A stretch of 64,000 bases of DNA from Macrostomum lignano (lineage: Eukaryota), in contig NIVC01000056.1 of assembly GCA_002269645.1 (NCBI GenBank), forward strand, positions 62,001 to 126,000, in the 5' to 3' direction. The position numbers and the translations under genes are program-made. How positions within the stretch are numbered: the first letter of the stretch is position 1; each line of letters starts with the position of its first letter. Below, piece by piece: positions 25,514-38,330 of this stretch. Under the pieces are notes generated by a model. The model was not told where the DNA came from and searched no databases. It was given only the letters and a program-made list of their open reading frames with translations.

Positions 25514-26643
25514 CTTCATGTTGGAGGTCCCCTGGCCGCGGGAAAAATAGGCTCCCGAGCCTTGTCAGTTTGTTTCGATTTATTCATGCAGAGTAGGCTG
25601 GAATGGAGAAACTTAGATATAGAAAAATGGGGCGGGAAATTAGCTCTTTCCCTACCTAGTCACCAGATCCCTCCCCACCAAAATTTTAGATTCTAAGACA
25701 AACAGGGGTCGCAAAAACCCGTTCTTTATACCAGTTTTCAGTAATTTTTTAAAAAAAATGGTGAAAACGGTAAAACTGTTTTGTTGGCCTTTTTTGGCTT
25801 AAATTATTTCAAGTGTTATATTATTATGTGTTATATTATATTTATTTACTATATACTGGGCGTTTATTTGCCAATTAAATTGGCTGTTTATTCTAGGAAA
25901 CAAAAAATTTATTAATTAATTAAATGCTGCGTTGCTCTCATTTTTCTCTACTCTAATTACTTTTATCTACTATAATTTTACTCTAATTACCATTCATCGC
26001 TACGTTCTACTATTCATTACCCAGTTCCCAGTTGGTATTTATGTTCCTTTTGTTTGCTATAGCTTTTATTATCTCCTATTGCATAAAATTGCGTACTATA
26101 TTTTTTCAGCGGCTGACATATAGCTGTACAATCCTGGTGCGAGTCGACCTTCGCCAATAAAATATCACCCAGTATCTGATATAAGAAAGTTTATAGTAAC
26201 ACCGGTAGGAAACTGGTAAAACTGCCTATTTTTTAGCATTTTGGTTTTACATTATTTCAGGTATGCGTGCTCACGAGCGTGTATGTCAGTACGTGTGCAT
26301 TACAAATTATCTTGGTGTGCAATTGCTGCTGTGAATTACAGCATTTAAACCTCATAAATTTTTAAACAGCATTTAACGTGGCGATCACCTCTGTGAAACT
26401 GCATTCAAATCAAGAAGTAAGAAACTAACCGCGGCCAACTGTAAACTAGTCGCGTAAAGGTCGCGTAATGGTAATAACGTGACGTCGCTAAGTGAAGTGT
26501 ACGCGACGTCGCGTGGCGCGACACTTGACCCCTTCCCGCGACGTAACTTTGCGACGTTTACGCGACGTTGCCGCGACGAAGTGTGTTACTAGGGCCTGTG
26601 GCGAGCCAACAAAGAATGTAATAAAAATTGAGTAAAGTACATG

Positions 26644-29600
26644 ACTACTAAGCAACGGTAGATGTGTTGATTTTGGAGGTGAGGTGGGTGTCAACCCTCC
26701 TCGCCTCTCATTGGCTGGCGCCCCGATCACTAGGTGATCGATACCCGTATCGATATCGGCGCTCGGCGCGCGCGCGCGCCGCAGGCGCCAAGCGCCGCAG
26801 GCGACCCTCCCCAGCCGTAGGCGCACCTACCGATATTAGATCCCAATAAATCAATCAGATCCCAAATCAATCAGATCCCAAATCAATCAGATCCCAAGCG
26901 CACCCTCCCGAGCCGCAGGCGCCCATGCAGCAGGCGCCCATGCCGCAGGCACCCCGAGTGTACACTCTACCGAGCCGCAGGCACCCCGAGTGTACACTCT
27001 ACCGAGCCGCAGGCACCCCGAGTGTACACTCTACCGAGCCAAAGGTACACTCTACCACTCTCCCGGGCAGAGAGGGGCGGGTGGACAGAGAACCAGCCAC
27101 TAGGTTGTTATACTGTTGAAGCATAGGGAGCGAGAAGTTTTAACCCCGATGCTGACGCAGCCCTGTACACTGAGCGTGTACGGGCAGAGGGTGGGTGGAA
27201 AGAGATGTGAACAACACAGCCTGCTACAGGAGCCGGATAGAGAGGCGCATGCTAGGACAGAGAGGTAGTGTGAGTCACACACACCCCACAGAGAAAGCCA
27301 TACAGAGGATAGAGAGCTCCCTCCCCAGTTGCAGGGGACAGAGAGGCAGGCAGGGTATGCAGGGGCATGCGAACCGTCAAGGGGCCACGCGAGGATAGAG
27401 TGGAGGAGCAGAGATGTGTATGGACAGAGAGCCAGCCACGCGTGCGTAGTGTGAGGGAACAGAAACATATGGAGCAGGAGGGAGATAGGAAGCAAACGCG
27501 CTGGGTAAGGGAGCCACACAGGGCGGTACAGTGAGACACGGGCAGGGGTGGAGCCGTGCGTGGACAGAGCTGAACGGCACGGTCAGCTGCAGGAATAGGA
27601 TGATAGAGAGGCGCGGAGGGGGACAGAGAGCAGTGTGCAGGGGTAGGCAGCCACGCAGGCTGGGGAACAGAGAGGCGCGTGTCAGCCAGTTGCAGCCCGG
27701 GACAGAGAAGTATGAAGGGGGGCCTGGGACAGAGTTCCGAGCAAGGCACAGAGGTAGGGTCCTGTAGCTATGTATAGGCAGGGAGCCACGCGAGGGCAGG
27801 ACAGGGGAGCAGACATGCAAGTTGCATGCAAGGCCAGAGAGGTGTGCGCGGAGGGAGACAGAGAGCAGTGTGTAGGGGTAGGTAACAGCAAACTTTAGTA
27901 GAGGCGCGTGCGGGGACGGAGAAACCAGTCTGAGCGTACAGAGACGTTACAGAGAGGTACACAAACAGAGACCAAAGCGGGCAGAGCACGTGTAGGGACA
28001 GAGACGTGAGGGAGAATCGACCAAAACACGCTATGTATTTTCAAAAGTTGGTTTTAGTGCAGCATATTTAATAGCGGGTAGTATAATAGTATGTACATAG
28101 TAGGTATAATGGTAGTAATAATAGTAAGTATATTAGCCCAAAAGGTAGGCTAAAACAGGCTAAACTGTGTGTACGCATCCACATCACCCCACAAGCCCCC
28201 TCTCCCGCCAGACTCACTCTTCCATACCCTCCTGTATTGCTGCATGAAGGAAAATATAGTGTAAAAATACAGATCTTAACCGTCAGACCGCTGAAATCAG
28301 GGCACACTAGAGGGGGTTTCGGGGTCTGCATGCTCTATGTAAGCTGCTTGAGGAGGTTCCAAGGGCGTTGTGAGGGTTTCCATTATGTTTTGAAAAAAAA
28401 CTAGGGGCTTAAATACAACGTTTTATTCAAAAGTAGGTTATTTTAATGAAATAGCTGACACAATCATTGTCGAGAGTAGAAATTTTTATAAGAAACCAGG
28501 CATTTTAGCAAAAATAAACCTTCAAACCACATAAAATTGAATAAAAAGCAGACATTTTCAATTATAAACCGCAAGTATTTTAATAGAAAAGTAAGCAAAC
28601 AAGGCACAAAACCAGCAAATTTTACCTTTTTATTTTAATGTTACTGATAAGGTAGAGAGTAGAAACTTGTGAGCTGTACGGAGTTAGAAAGTATTAACCA
28701 TTATGTATCGTATGAATTATTAGTTCAGTACCAGCCATTGGTCAAGCGAGCATTTATGAAGTTATTACGAGTGATGAAGGGATAGAGAGCTATATACAGG
28801 AAGACAGTATCCTTCTAAACCACCACGAACAGATTGCTAATAGAGATAAGCTTTGTCTGTGTGCAGTATGAGTAAGCGAAGGCGGGGCAAATACTTTTCC
28901 ACATGCCGGACAGAACAGTATTGTGCTAGGATTTCTCTCGAAATCGCGGTACGTTACTAGTTTTTATCACACCATCCAGATGCGTCAACTAGTCAGCAGT
29001 AGTCATTTATATGTTATTAGAACTTACAAACCCAGGTCAAGTAAATATTACAAAGAGTATATTACGTACACACGCCAACTCCGAATACCAAGCCATACTA
29101 GTCTACTTGCAGTGCTCCTGGAGGGAAGGGACGGCGGGGTGTACATCCGGCAGGGTGGGCGTCCAGCGAGTGTACATCTGACAGGATGGGTGTTCAGCAA
29201 GTGTACATCTGACAGGGTGGGCGTTCAGCAAGTGTACCTTCAGCGTCGAGTAGGTGTACACCCGTCAGTGGGAACTCAGCCCCTCCCACCAATGTCGTGT
29301 GCATGCGGTTAGTCAGTATAGTGGTGGGGTAGACGGTGCAGGAAGGAAACCCAGATGCTGACGCTGCCCTGTACAGCGAGCAACCAGCCCTCCTGTAGCA
29401 GGAGGGGGACAGAGAGTGCGTGGAGGCAGTAGGAGATAGAGGACGCTACCCGGCATGTCGCAGCACGCGGCGCGGGACAGAGAGGCAGTGTGTAAGTCAC
29501 CCCCACAGGGAGAGCTGCCCTGGCAGGAGGCGCGGGACAGAGAGGCGGTGAATCACACCCCACGGAGAGAGCCGTACAGCGAGCTTCCCCACCCGAGTCC

Positions 29601-32600
29601 GGTAAATATTACAGAGTATTACGTGCACACGCCAGCCCTGAATACCAAGCCATACTAGTCTACCTGCAGTGCTCCCAGAGGGAAGGGATGGTCAGGAGTT
29701 ACACACCAAGAATGCATTCATACAAAGAGTACACAACTCGAGCCCAGACACCAAGTCACAGTCTACTTACAGTAGAGATGGTAGATTAATAGCAAGATTA
29801 TATTACAATTAGACCTCCCTAGCACATGAGGAGTGAAATTCAATAATAATTGAATTCAATAATAATACAACATTTAGACGTAGTAATTTAATTACAAAAT
29901 ACCACTAACACTGAGCCAACGAATTGTAGGTTACAAAGGAGTTGCCACTCATATGGAAAGCCAGTATAATGCAGGTGTATATTATTAAAACATAGACAAA
30001 AACGATGCAGACGTATATACACACTATTGATTTTGTACATGTACATTTCGGCATATTACCACACATCGCAGGCACATATTATATATCGGGGGATAGGTTA
30101 AAATACACACATCGTAGATGTAGAAGCAGACACAATGCAGGAAAATTATGATACGAGTGTACATATTAGTGCGTAAAAGTATCATATTATGACACCCTGT
30201 AGCACATATTGACATAATGCAGGGGAAAATATTGACAGAAATAGTACACAATTGTAGAGGTAACAACCCGCCAACTAGTAAGGACATCCAGCACTTGTTC
30301 AGGTTTTTATTATTATTATTGCGCATAAATGTACGCAATTTCCGGTATATAGGACCAAATGTACACAATGTACACAAACACACACACACACACTCAGGCG
30401 CATCCTGCAGCGCATCCTGCAGCACCGATCGCCGCAGGCGATGGCGCCATCGGCAGGAAGCTCTTGCTGTGAATACGCCTGAGTGTGTGTGTGTGTGTTT
30501 GTGTACATTGTGTACATTTGGTCCTATATACCGGAAATTGCGTACATTTATGCGTACAATTATGTCTATGCGCTACATTGTGTGTAGTTCGTTGCCCTGC
30601 GTTTGTAAATACAGTTTAGCCCGTGCACTGCATTGATGCCTACTTTTGTGTTAGGTACCTGCTTTTATTAAATACACTGCACCAAAAGCAACTTTAATCG
30701 GTACATACTGTGTTTTTGTAGAGGTGCCGGTATGCTTTTTAATACATATGTCTTTAGTGTAATTTAGTGTGCTTCTTCAACTTGGCTCGCGAATCTTGCA
30801 CTATGGCTCTCTAGTGGAAAGTACTCTTACTTGTGCTGGTTGCGGGTGATTGTAAGGCTTTCTGCTTGACTTCTTTAGTTTACTTGATGGTTAAATGAGG
30901 AGTGGGAGCTGACGCGCCTACCTCGGGGGAGGAATGCAGCCCTGCGGTCTGATGCAGCGCTTTCTGTTACCCCTCTCCGTCCGCACTGTACTTGGTCTCC
31001 GCTACGATCACCCCTTGGGGTTAAGAGTGGGCGGGTCCTTTGTACTCGACCCTGGGTTAAAAACTCACATTTGGAGGCTCTGGGGAGAGTTGCAGTGGAG
31101 TTCAACAAATTTCTGATAAGATCTCTTGCGGGGGCATGACACTCGTCTCGAAATAATAAAAACCTGAACAAGTGCTGGATGTCCTTACTAGTTGGCGGGT
31201 TGTTACCTCTACAATTGTGTACTATTTCTGTCAATATTTTCCCCTGCATTATGTCAATATGTGCTACAGGGTGTCATAATATGATACTTTTACGCACTAA
31301 TATGTACACTCGTATCATAATTTTCCTGCATTGTGTCTGCTTCTACATCTACGATGTGTGTATTTTAACCTATCCCCCGATATATAATATGTGCCTGCGA
31401 TGTGTGGTAATATGCCGAAATGTACATGTACAAAATCAATAGTGTGTATATACGTCTGCATCGTTTTTGTCTATGTTTTAATAATATACACCTGCATTAT
31501 ACTGGCTTTCCATATGAGTGGCAACTCCTTTGTAACCTACAATTCGTTGGCTCAGTGTTAGTGGTATTTTGTAATTAAATTACTACGTCTAAATGTTGTA
31601 TTATTATTGAATTCAATTATTATTGAATTTCACTCCTCATGTGCTAGGGAGGTCTAATTGTAATATAATCTTGCTATTAATCTACCATCTCTACTGTAAG
31701 TAGACTGTGACTTGGTGTCTGGGCTCGAGTTGTGTACTCTTTGTATGAATGCATTCTTGGTGTGTAACTCCTGACCATCCCTTCCCTCTGGGAGCACTGC
31801 AGGTAGACTAGTATGGCTTGGTATTCAGGGCTGGCGTGTGCACGTAATACTCTGTAATATTTACCGGACTCGGGTGGGGAAGCTCGCTGTACGGCTCTCT
31901 CCGTGGGGTGTGATTCACCGCCTCTCTGTCCCGCGCCTCCTGCCAGGGCAGCTCTCCCTGTGGGGGTGACTTACACACTGCCTCTCTGTCCCGCGCCGCG
32001 TGCTGCGACATGCCGGGTAGCGTCCTCTATCTCCTACTGCCTCCACGCACTCTCTGTCCCCCTCCTGCTACAGGAGGGCTGGTTGCTCGCTGTACAGGGC
32101 AGCGTCAGCATCTGGGTTTCCTTCCTGCACCGTCTACCCCACCACTATACTGACTAACCGCATGCACACGACATTGGTGGGAGGGGCTGAGTTCCCACTG
32201 ACGGGTGTACACCTACTCGACGCTGAAGGTACACTTGCTGAACGCCCACCCTGTCAGATGTACACTTGCTGAACACCCATCCTGTCAGATGTACACTCGC
32301 TGGACGCCCACCCTGCCGGATGTACACCCCGCCGTCCCTTCCCTCCAGGAGCACTGCAAGTAGACTAGTATGGCTTGGTATTCGGAGTTGGCGTGTGTAC
32401 GTAATATACTCTTTGTAATATTTACTTGACCTGGGTTTGTAAGTTCTAATAACATATAAATGACTACTGCTGACTAGTTGACGCATCTGGATGGTGTGAT
32501 AAAAACTAGTAACGTACCGCGATTTCGAGAGAAATCCTAGCACAATACTGTTCTGTCCGGCATGTGGAAAAGTATTTGCCCCGCCTTCGCTTACTCATAC

Positions 32601-35024
32601 TGCACACAGACAAAGCTTATCTCTATTAGCAATCTGTTCGTGGTGGTTTAGAAGGATACTGTCTTCCTGTATATAGCTCTCTATCCCTTCATCACTCGTA
32701 ATAACTTCATAAATGCTCGCTTGACCAATGGCTGGTACTGAACTAATAATTCATACGATACATAATGGTTAATACTTTCTAACTCCGTACAGCTCACAAG
32801 TTTCTACTCTCTACCTTATCAGTAACATTAAAATAAAAAGGTAAAATTTGCTGGTTTTGTGCCTTGTTTGCTTACTTTTCTATTAAAATACTTGCGGTTT
32901 ATAATTGAAAATGTCTGCTTTTTATTCAATTTTATGTGGTTTGAAGGTTTATTTTTGCTAAAATGCCTGGTTTCTTATAAAAATTTCTACTCTCGACAAT
33001 GATTGTGTCAGCTATTTCATTAAAATAACCTACTTTTGAATAAAACGTTGTATTTAAGCCCCTAGTTTTTTTTTCAAAACATAATGGAAACCCTCACAAC
33101 GCCCTTGGAACCTCCTCAAGCAGCTTACATAGAGCATGCAGACCCCGAAACCCCCTCTAGTGTGCCCTGATTTCAGCGGTCTGACGGTTAAGATCTGTAT
33201 TTTTACACTATATTTTCCTTCATGCAGCAATACAGGAGGGTATGGAAGAGTGAGTCTGGCGGGAGAGGGGGCTTGTGGGGTGATGTGGATGCGTACACAC
33301 AGTTTAGCCTGTTTTAGCCTACCTTTTGGGCTAATATACTTACTATTATTACTACCATTATACCTACTATGTACATACTATTATACTACCCGCTATTAAA
33401 TATGCTGCACTAAAACCAACTTTTGAAAATACATAGCGTGTTTTGGTCGATTCTCCCTCACGTCTCTGTCCCTACACGTGCTCTGCCCGCTTTGGTCTCT
33501 GTTTGTGTACCTCTCTGTAACGTCTCTGTACGCTCAGACTGGTTTCTCCGTCCCCGCACGCGCCTCTACTAAAGTTTGCTGTTACCTACCCCTACACACT
33601 GCTCTCTGTCTCCCTCCGCGCACACCTCTCTGGCCTTGCATGCAACTTGCATGTCTGCTCCCCTGTCCTGCCCTCGCGTGGCTCCCTGCCTATACATAGC
33701 TACAGGACCCTACCTCTGTGCCTTGCTCGGAACTCTGTCCCAGGCCCCCCTTCATACTTCTCTGTCCCGGGCTGCAACTGGCTGACACGCGCCTCTCTGT
33801 TCCCCAGCCTGCGTGGCTGCCTACCCCTGCACACTGCTCTCTGTCCCCCTCCGCGCCTCTCTATCATCCTATTCCTGCAGCTGACCGTGCCGTTCAGCTC
33901 TGTCCACGCACGGCTCCACCCCTGCCCGTGTCTCACTGTACCGCCCTGTGTGGCTCCCTTACCCAGCGCGTTTGCTTCCTATCTCCCTCCTGCTCCATAT
34001 GTTTCTGTTCCCTCACACTACGCACGCGTGGCTGGCTCTCTGTCCATACACATCTCTGCTCCTCCACTCTATCCTCGCGTGGCCCCTTGACGGTTCGCAT
34101 GCCCCTGCATACCCTGCCTGCCTCTCTGTCCCCTGCAACTGGGGAGGGAGCTCTCTATCCTCTGTATGGCTTTCTCTGTGGGGTGTGTGTGACTCACACT
34201 ACCTCTCTGTCCTAGCATGCGCCTCTCTATCCGGCTCCTGTAGCAGGCTGTGTTGTTCACATCTCTTTCCACCCACCCTCTGCCCGTACACGCTCAGTGT
34301 ACAGGGCTGCGTCAGCATCGGGGTTAAAACTTCTCGCTCCCTATGCTTCAACAGTATAACAACCTAGTGGCTGGTTCTCTGTCCGCGCCACCCCTCTCTG
34401 CCCGTACACTCTCACTGTACAGGGCTGCGTCAGCGTTAGGGTTGAAACTTCTCGCTCCCTATACCCCACAACCGTGTAGTGTCCTAGTATGGGCGCGACC
34501 TGGGTTCGATTTCGCTAGTTGAGATGTAGGTGAGAGAGGGGAAGAGGCCCGTATCGATGACTACATATCGGTGTACACACATATCGGGGGAGTGTACACT
34601 CGGGGCGCCTGCTGCATACATATCGGTGTACATATAGGGAGAGTGCGCATACATATCGGGAGGGGCGCCTGAGACGGGGAGGGCGCCTGCGGCATACATG
34701 TCGGGGAGGGCGCGTGCGGCGGGGAGGGGCGCCTGCTGCATGGGCGCCTGCGGCTCGGGAGGGTGCGCTTGGGATCTGATTGATTTGGGATCTGATTGAT
34801 TTGGGATCTGATTGATTTATTGGGATCTAATATCGGTAGGTGCGCCTGCGGCTGGGGAGGGTCGCCTGCGGCGCTTGGCGCCTGCGGCGCGCGCGCGCGC
34901 GCCGAGCGCCGATATCGATACGGGTATCGATTACCTAGTGATCGGGGCGCCAGCCAATGAGAGGCGAGGAGGTTTGACACCCACCTCACCTCCAAAATCA
35001 ACACATCTACCGTTGCTTAGTAGT
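26644..35024. mobile_element. 8381-bp non-coding palindromic element, arms about 3.7-3.9 kb, 6-bp TSD (possible non-autonomous Polinton/Maverick-like derivative)
   Basis: Termini ACTACTAAGCAACGGTAG / CTACCGTTGCTTAGTAGT are flanked by TACATG (26638-26643 / 35025-35030). Inner arms about 27085-30314 and 31152-34385 mirror each other (paired ORF coordinates sum to 61466-61467). The central spacer is 837 bp. The structure is certain; the family assignment is inference. Confidence 0.8.
30322..30554. repeat. Nested hairpin in the central spacer: 79-bp perfect inverted arms around a 75-bp GC-rich loop
   Basis: CGCATAAATGTACGCAATTTCCGGTATATAGGACC...CAGGCG (30322-30400) is mirrored at 30476-30554. 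Confidence 0.92.
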
Positions 35025-35169
35025 TACATGAACTTTGAAGTAGCTTCTGACTTTTTCTTTGACATCTCAGAAACCCCCCCCCCACCTGTAATCCCAGTTA
35101 TTTTCTGTGAGCCTTGACGTCTCAGTAATTCTCCCCAGCACAGCACTGTACTATAGCTTCATTTAATTT

Positions 35170-37715
35170 TTATATGACACCTTTCATGTCTGACATGACG
35201 CTTCTTTTGATTTTTATATGACGCTTCTTTTATTCTTCCATGATGCTTCTTAATTTTTTAAATGACACTTTCATTAGTTTTTATATGAGGCTTCTATGAT
35301 TTTACCATGACGCTTCTATTATTGTTTGCATGACGCTTCTATGATTTTTACATAACGCTACTATGATTTTTACATGACGCTTCTATGCTTGTTTACATGA
35401 CGCTTCTATGTTTGTTTACATGACGCTTCTATGCTTGTTTACATGACGCTTCTATGCTTGTTTACATGACGCTTCTATGCTTGTTTACATGACGCTTCTA
35501 TGATTCTTTCATGACGCTTCTATGATTGCTTACATGACGCTTCTATGATTGTTTGCATGACGCTTCTATGATTGTTTACATGACGCTTCTATGATTGTTT
35601 ACATGATGCTTCTATGAATTTTTACATGACGCTTCTATGATTTTACCATGACGCTTCTATTATTGTTTGCATGACGCTTCTATGATTTTTACATGACGCT
35701 ACTATGATTTTTACATGACGCTTCTATGATTTTTTCATGACGCTTCTATGATTTTTTATGACGCTTTTATGACTTTTACATGACGCTTCTATGATTTTTT
35801 ACATGACGCTTCTATGATTGTTTACATGACGCTTCTATGATTTTTTACATTACGCTTCTATGATTGTTTACATGACGCTTTTACGATTTTTTACATGGCG
35901 CTTCTATGATTTTTTATGACGCTTTTTTGAATTTTACATGACGCTTCTATGATTTTTTAAATGACGCTTCTATGATTTTTATATAACGCTTTTACGATTT
36001 TTTAAATGACGCTTCTATGATTGTTTACATGACGCTTCTCTGATTTTTTACATGACGCTTCTATGATTTTTTAGGTGACGCTTCTATGTTTTTTAAATGA
36101 GGCTTCTATGATTTTTCTTGACGCTTCTATAATTGTTTACATGACGCTTCTATGATTTTTTACATGACGCTTCTATGATTGTTTACATGACGCTTCTATG
36201 ATTGTTTACATGACGCTTCTATATTTTTTTAAATGACGCTTCTACGATTTTTTACATGACGCTTCTATGATTGTTTACATGACGCTTCTATGATTTTTTC
36301 ATGACGCTTCTATGATTGTTTACATGACGCTTCTATGATTTTCACATGAGGCTTCTATGATTTTTTCATGACGCTTCTACGATTTTTTATGACGCTTTTA
36401 TGACTTTTACATGACGCTTCTATGATTGTTTACATGACACTTCTATGATTGTTTACATGACGCTTCTATGATTTTTTACATTACGCTTCTATGATTGTTT
36501 GCATGACGCTTTTACGATTTTTTTACATGGCGCTTCTATGATTTTTTATGACGCTTTTTTGAATTTTACATGACGCTTCTATGATTTTTTAAATGACGCT
36601 TCTATGATTTTTATATAACGCTTTTACGATTTTTTACATGACGCTTCTATGATTGTTTACATGACGCTTCTATAATTGTTTACATGACGCTTTTATGATT
36701 TTTTACATGACGCTTCTATGATTGTTTACATGACGCTTCTATGATTTTTTCATGACGCTTCCATGATTGTTTACATGACGCTTTTATGATTTTCACATGA
36801 GGCTTCTATGATTTTTTCATGACGCTTCTATGATTTTTTATGACGCTTTTATGACTTTTACATGACGCTTCTATGATTGTTTACATGACACTTCTATGAT
36901 TGTTTACATGACGCTTCTATGATTTTTTAAATGACGCTTCTATGATTTTTATAAGACGCTTTTACGATTTTTTACATGGCGCTTCTATGATTGTTTACAT
37001 GACGCTTCTATGATTTTTTACATGACGCTTCTATGATTTTTTAAATGACGCTTCTATGATTTTTATATGGCGCTTCTATTATTGTTTACATGACGCTTCT
37101 ATGATTGTTTACATGACGCTTCTATGATTTTTTACATGACCCTTCTATGATTTTTTACATGACGCTTCTATGATTTTTTAAATGACGCTTCTATGATTTT
37201 TACATGAGGCTTCTATGATTTTTTCATGACGCTTCTATGATTTTTTATGACGCTTTTATGACTTTTACATGACGCTTCTATGATTGTTTACATGACGCTT
37301 CTATGATTGTTTACATGACGCTTCTATGATTTTTTAAATGACGCTTCTATGATTTTTATATGACGCTTTTACGATTTTTTACATGGCGCTTCTATGATTG
37401 TTTACATGACGCTTCTATGATTGTTTACATGACGCTTCTATGATTGTTTACATGACGCTTCTATGATTTTTTAAATGACGCTTCTATGATTTTTATATGA
37501 CGCTTTTACGATTTTTTACATGGCGCTTCTATGATTGTTTACATGACGCTTCTATGATTGTTTACATGACGCTTCTATGATTTTTTACATGACCCTTCTA
37601 TGATTTTTTACATGACGCTTCTATGATTTTTTAAATGACGCTTCTATGATTGTTTACATGACGCTTCTGTGATTGTTTACATGACACTTCTATGATTTTT
37701 TACATGACGCTTCTT
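35170..37715. repeat. 23-bp satellite (ATGACGCTTCTATGATTGTTTAC)n, roughly 110 copies
   Basis: Direct tandem periodicity, with recurring variant blocks that suggest higher-order duplication. Confidence 0.96.
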
Positions 37716-38199
37716 TTTAAAAAGTATTTTAGTTTTCCTGACGTTGAAAAGCTTTAATTAAAAAAATTATACTCTATGAAAATTCGAACCATCGTCGCTG
37801 CATTTGGCAGTTCAGTTTGTTCACCTCTAGGCTAGCTCTCATCGTTTTGATAACATCAAATTTTGCACTTATATAATTCAACACTTTAAAATCCAAGCAT
37901 AGAGTAAATCACACGAAGCAGTTATGACATAATCAATTTCTCAGTCAGTCAGTATCAGTTAACAATATGCATGGTTACGCAATTTAAATCAAGTCTGGTG
38001 CTACGCTTCCACACTGCATTTTCAATTCAAGTCGGAGTTACAATTCAGTTATGATGCAATCTATTTCAGAATCAGAATTCAACCAGTCAGTTTTTTCTCT
38101 AGCATTCTTACAATGCATTTCAAGTCGAAAAGTTTGCTTGACCTTTGCAAAAAAGCATGTTTTTCGAATATTTAATGCCTTTAGCATCGAGCAATTTCT

Positions 38200-38330
38200 T
38201 AGCCACGATGCATGTACCGTCACGGGAAAATTTCTGATCGAACAGTGCAAGTCTCATGAAAATCGGTCCAGCCATTTTTTCTCTAATCGATTGCGTACAA
38301 ACAAACAACTCATTTAGTATATAGGAGGAT
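38200..38330 (+). mobile_element. Helitron-like non-autonomous element 3' end (second copy at about 55190-55263)
   Basis: CCAGCCA..TTTTCTCTAATCGATTGCGT..ACAAACAA.CAACTCATTT..AGTATATAGGA occurs twice in the window and resembles the 3' ends of invertebrate non-autonomous Helitrons. The class is inferred. Confidence 0.4.

Larger units (their letters stand above)
19908..26594 (+). mobile_element. EnSpm/CACTA (CMC) DNA transposon, 6687 bp, full length
   Basis: 36-bp TIR CCCTAGTAACACACTTCGTCGCGGCAACGTCGCGTA at both ends, 3-bp TSD CCT (19905-19907 / 26595-26597), subterminal GTCGCG/CGCGAC repeats, and two internal genes. Confidence 0.92.

Noticed and set aside
27100-34367. Pairs of identical short ORFs on opposite strands as a duplicated gene cluster
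   Set aside because: They are short, Cys/Pro-rich, overlapping and motif-free. They only reflect the DNA palindrome.
26644-35024. An autonomous Polinton/Maverick
   Set aside because: No pPolB, integrase, ATPase, protease or capsid ORF is present, and the unique spacer is only 837 bp.
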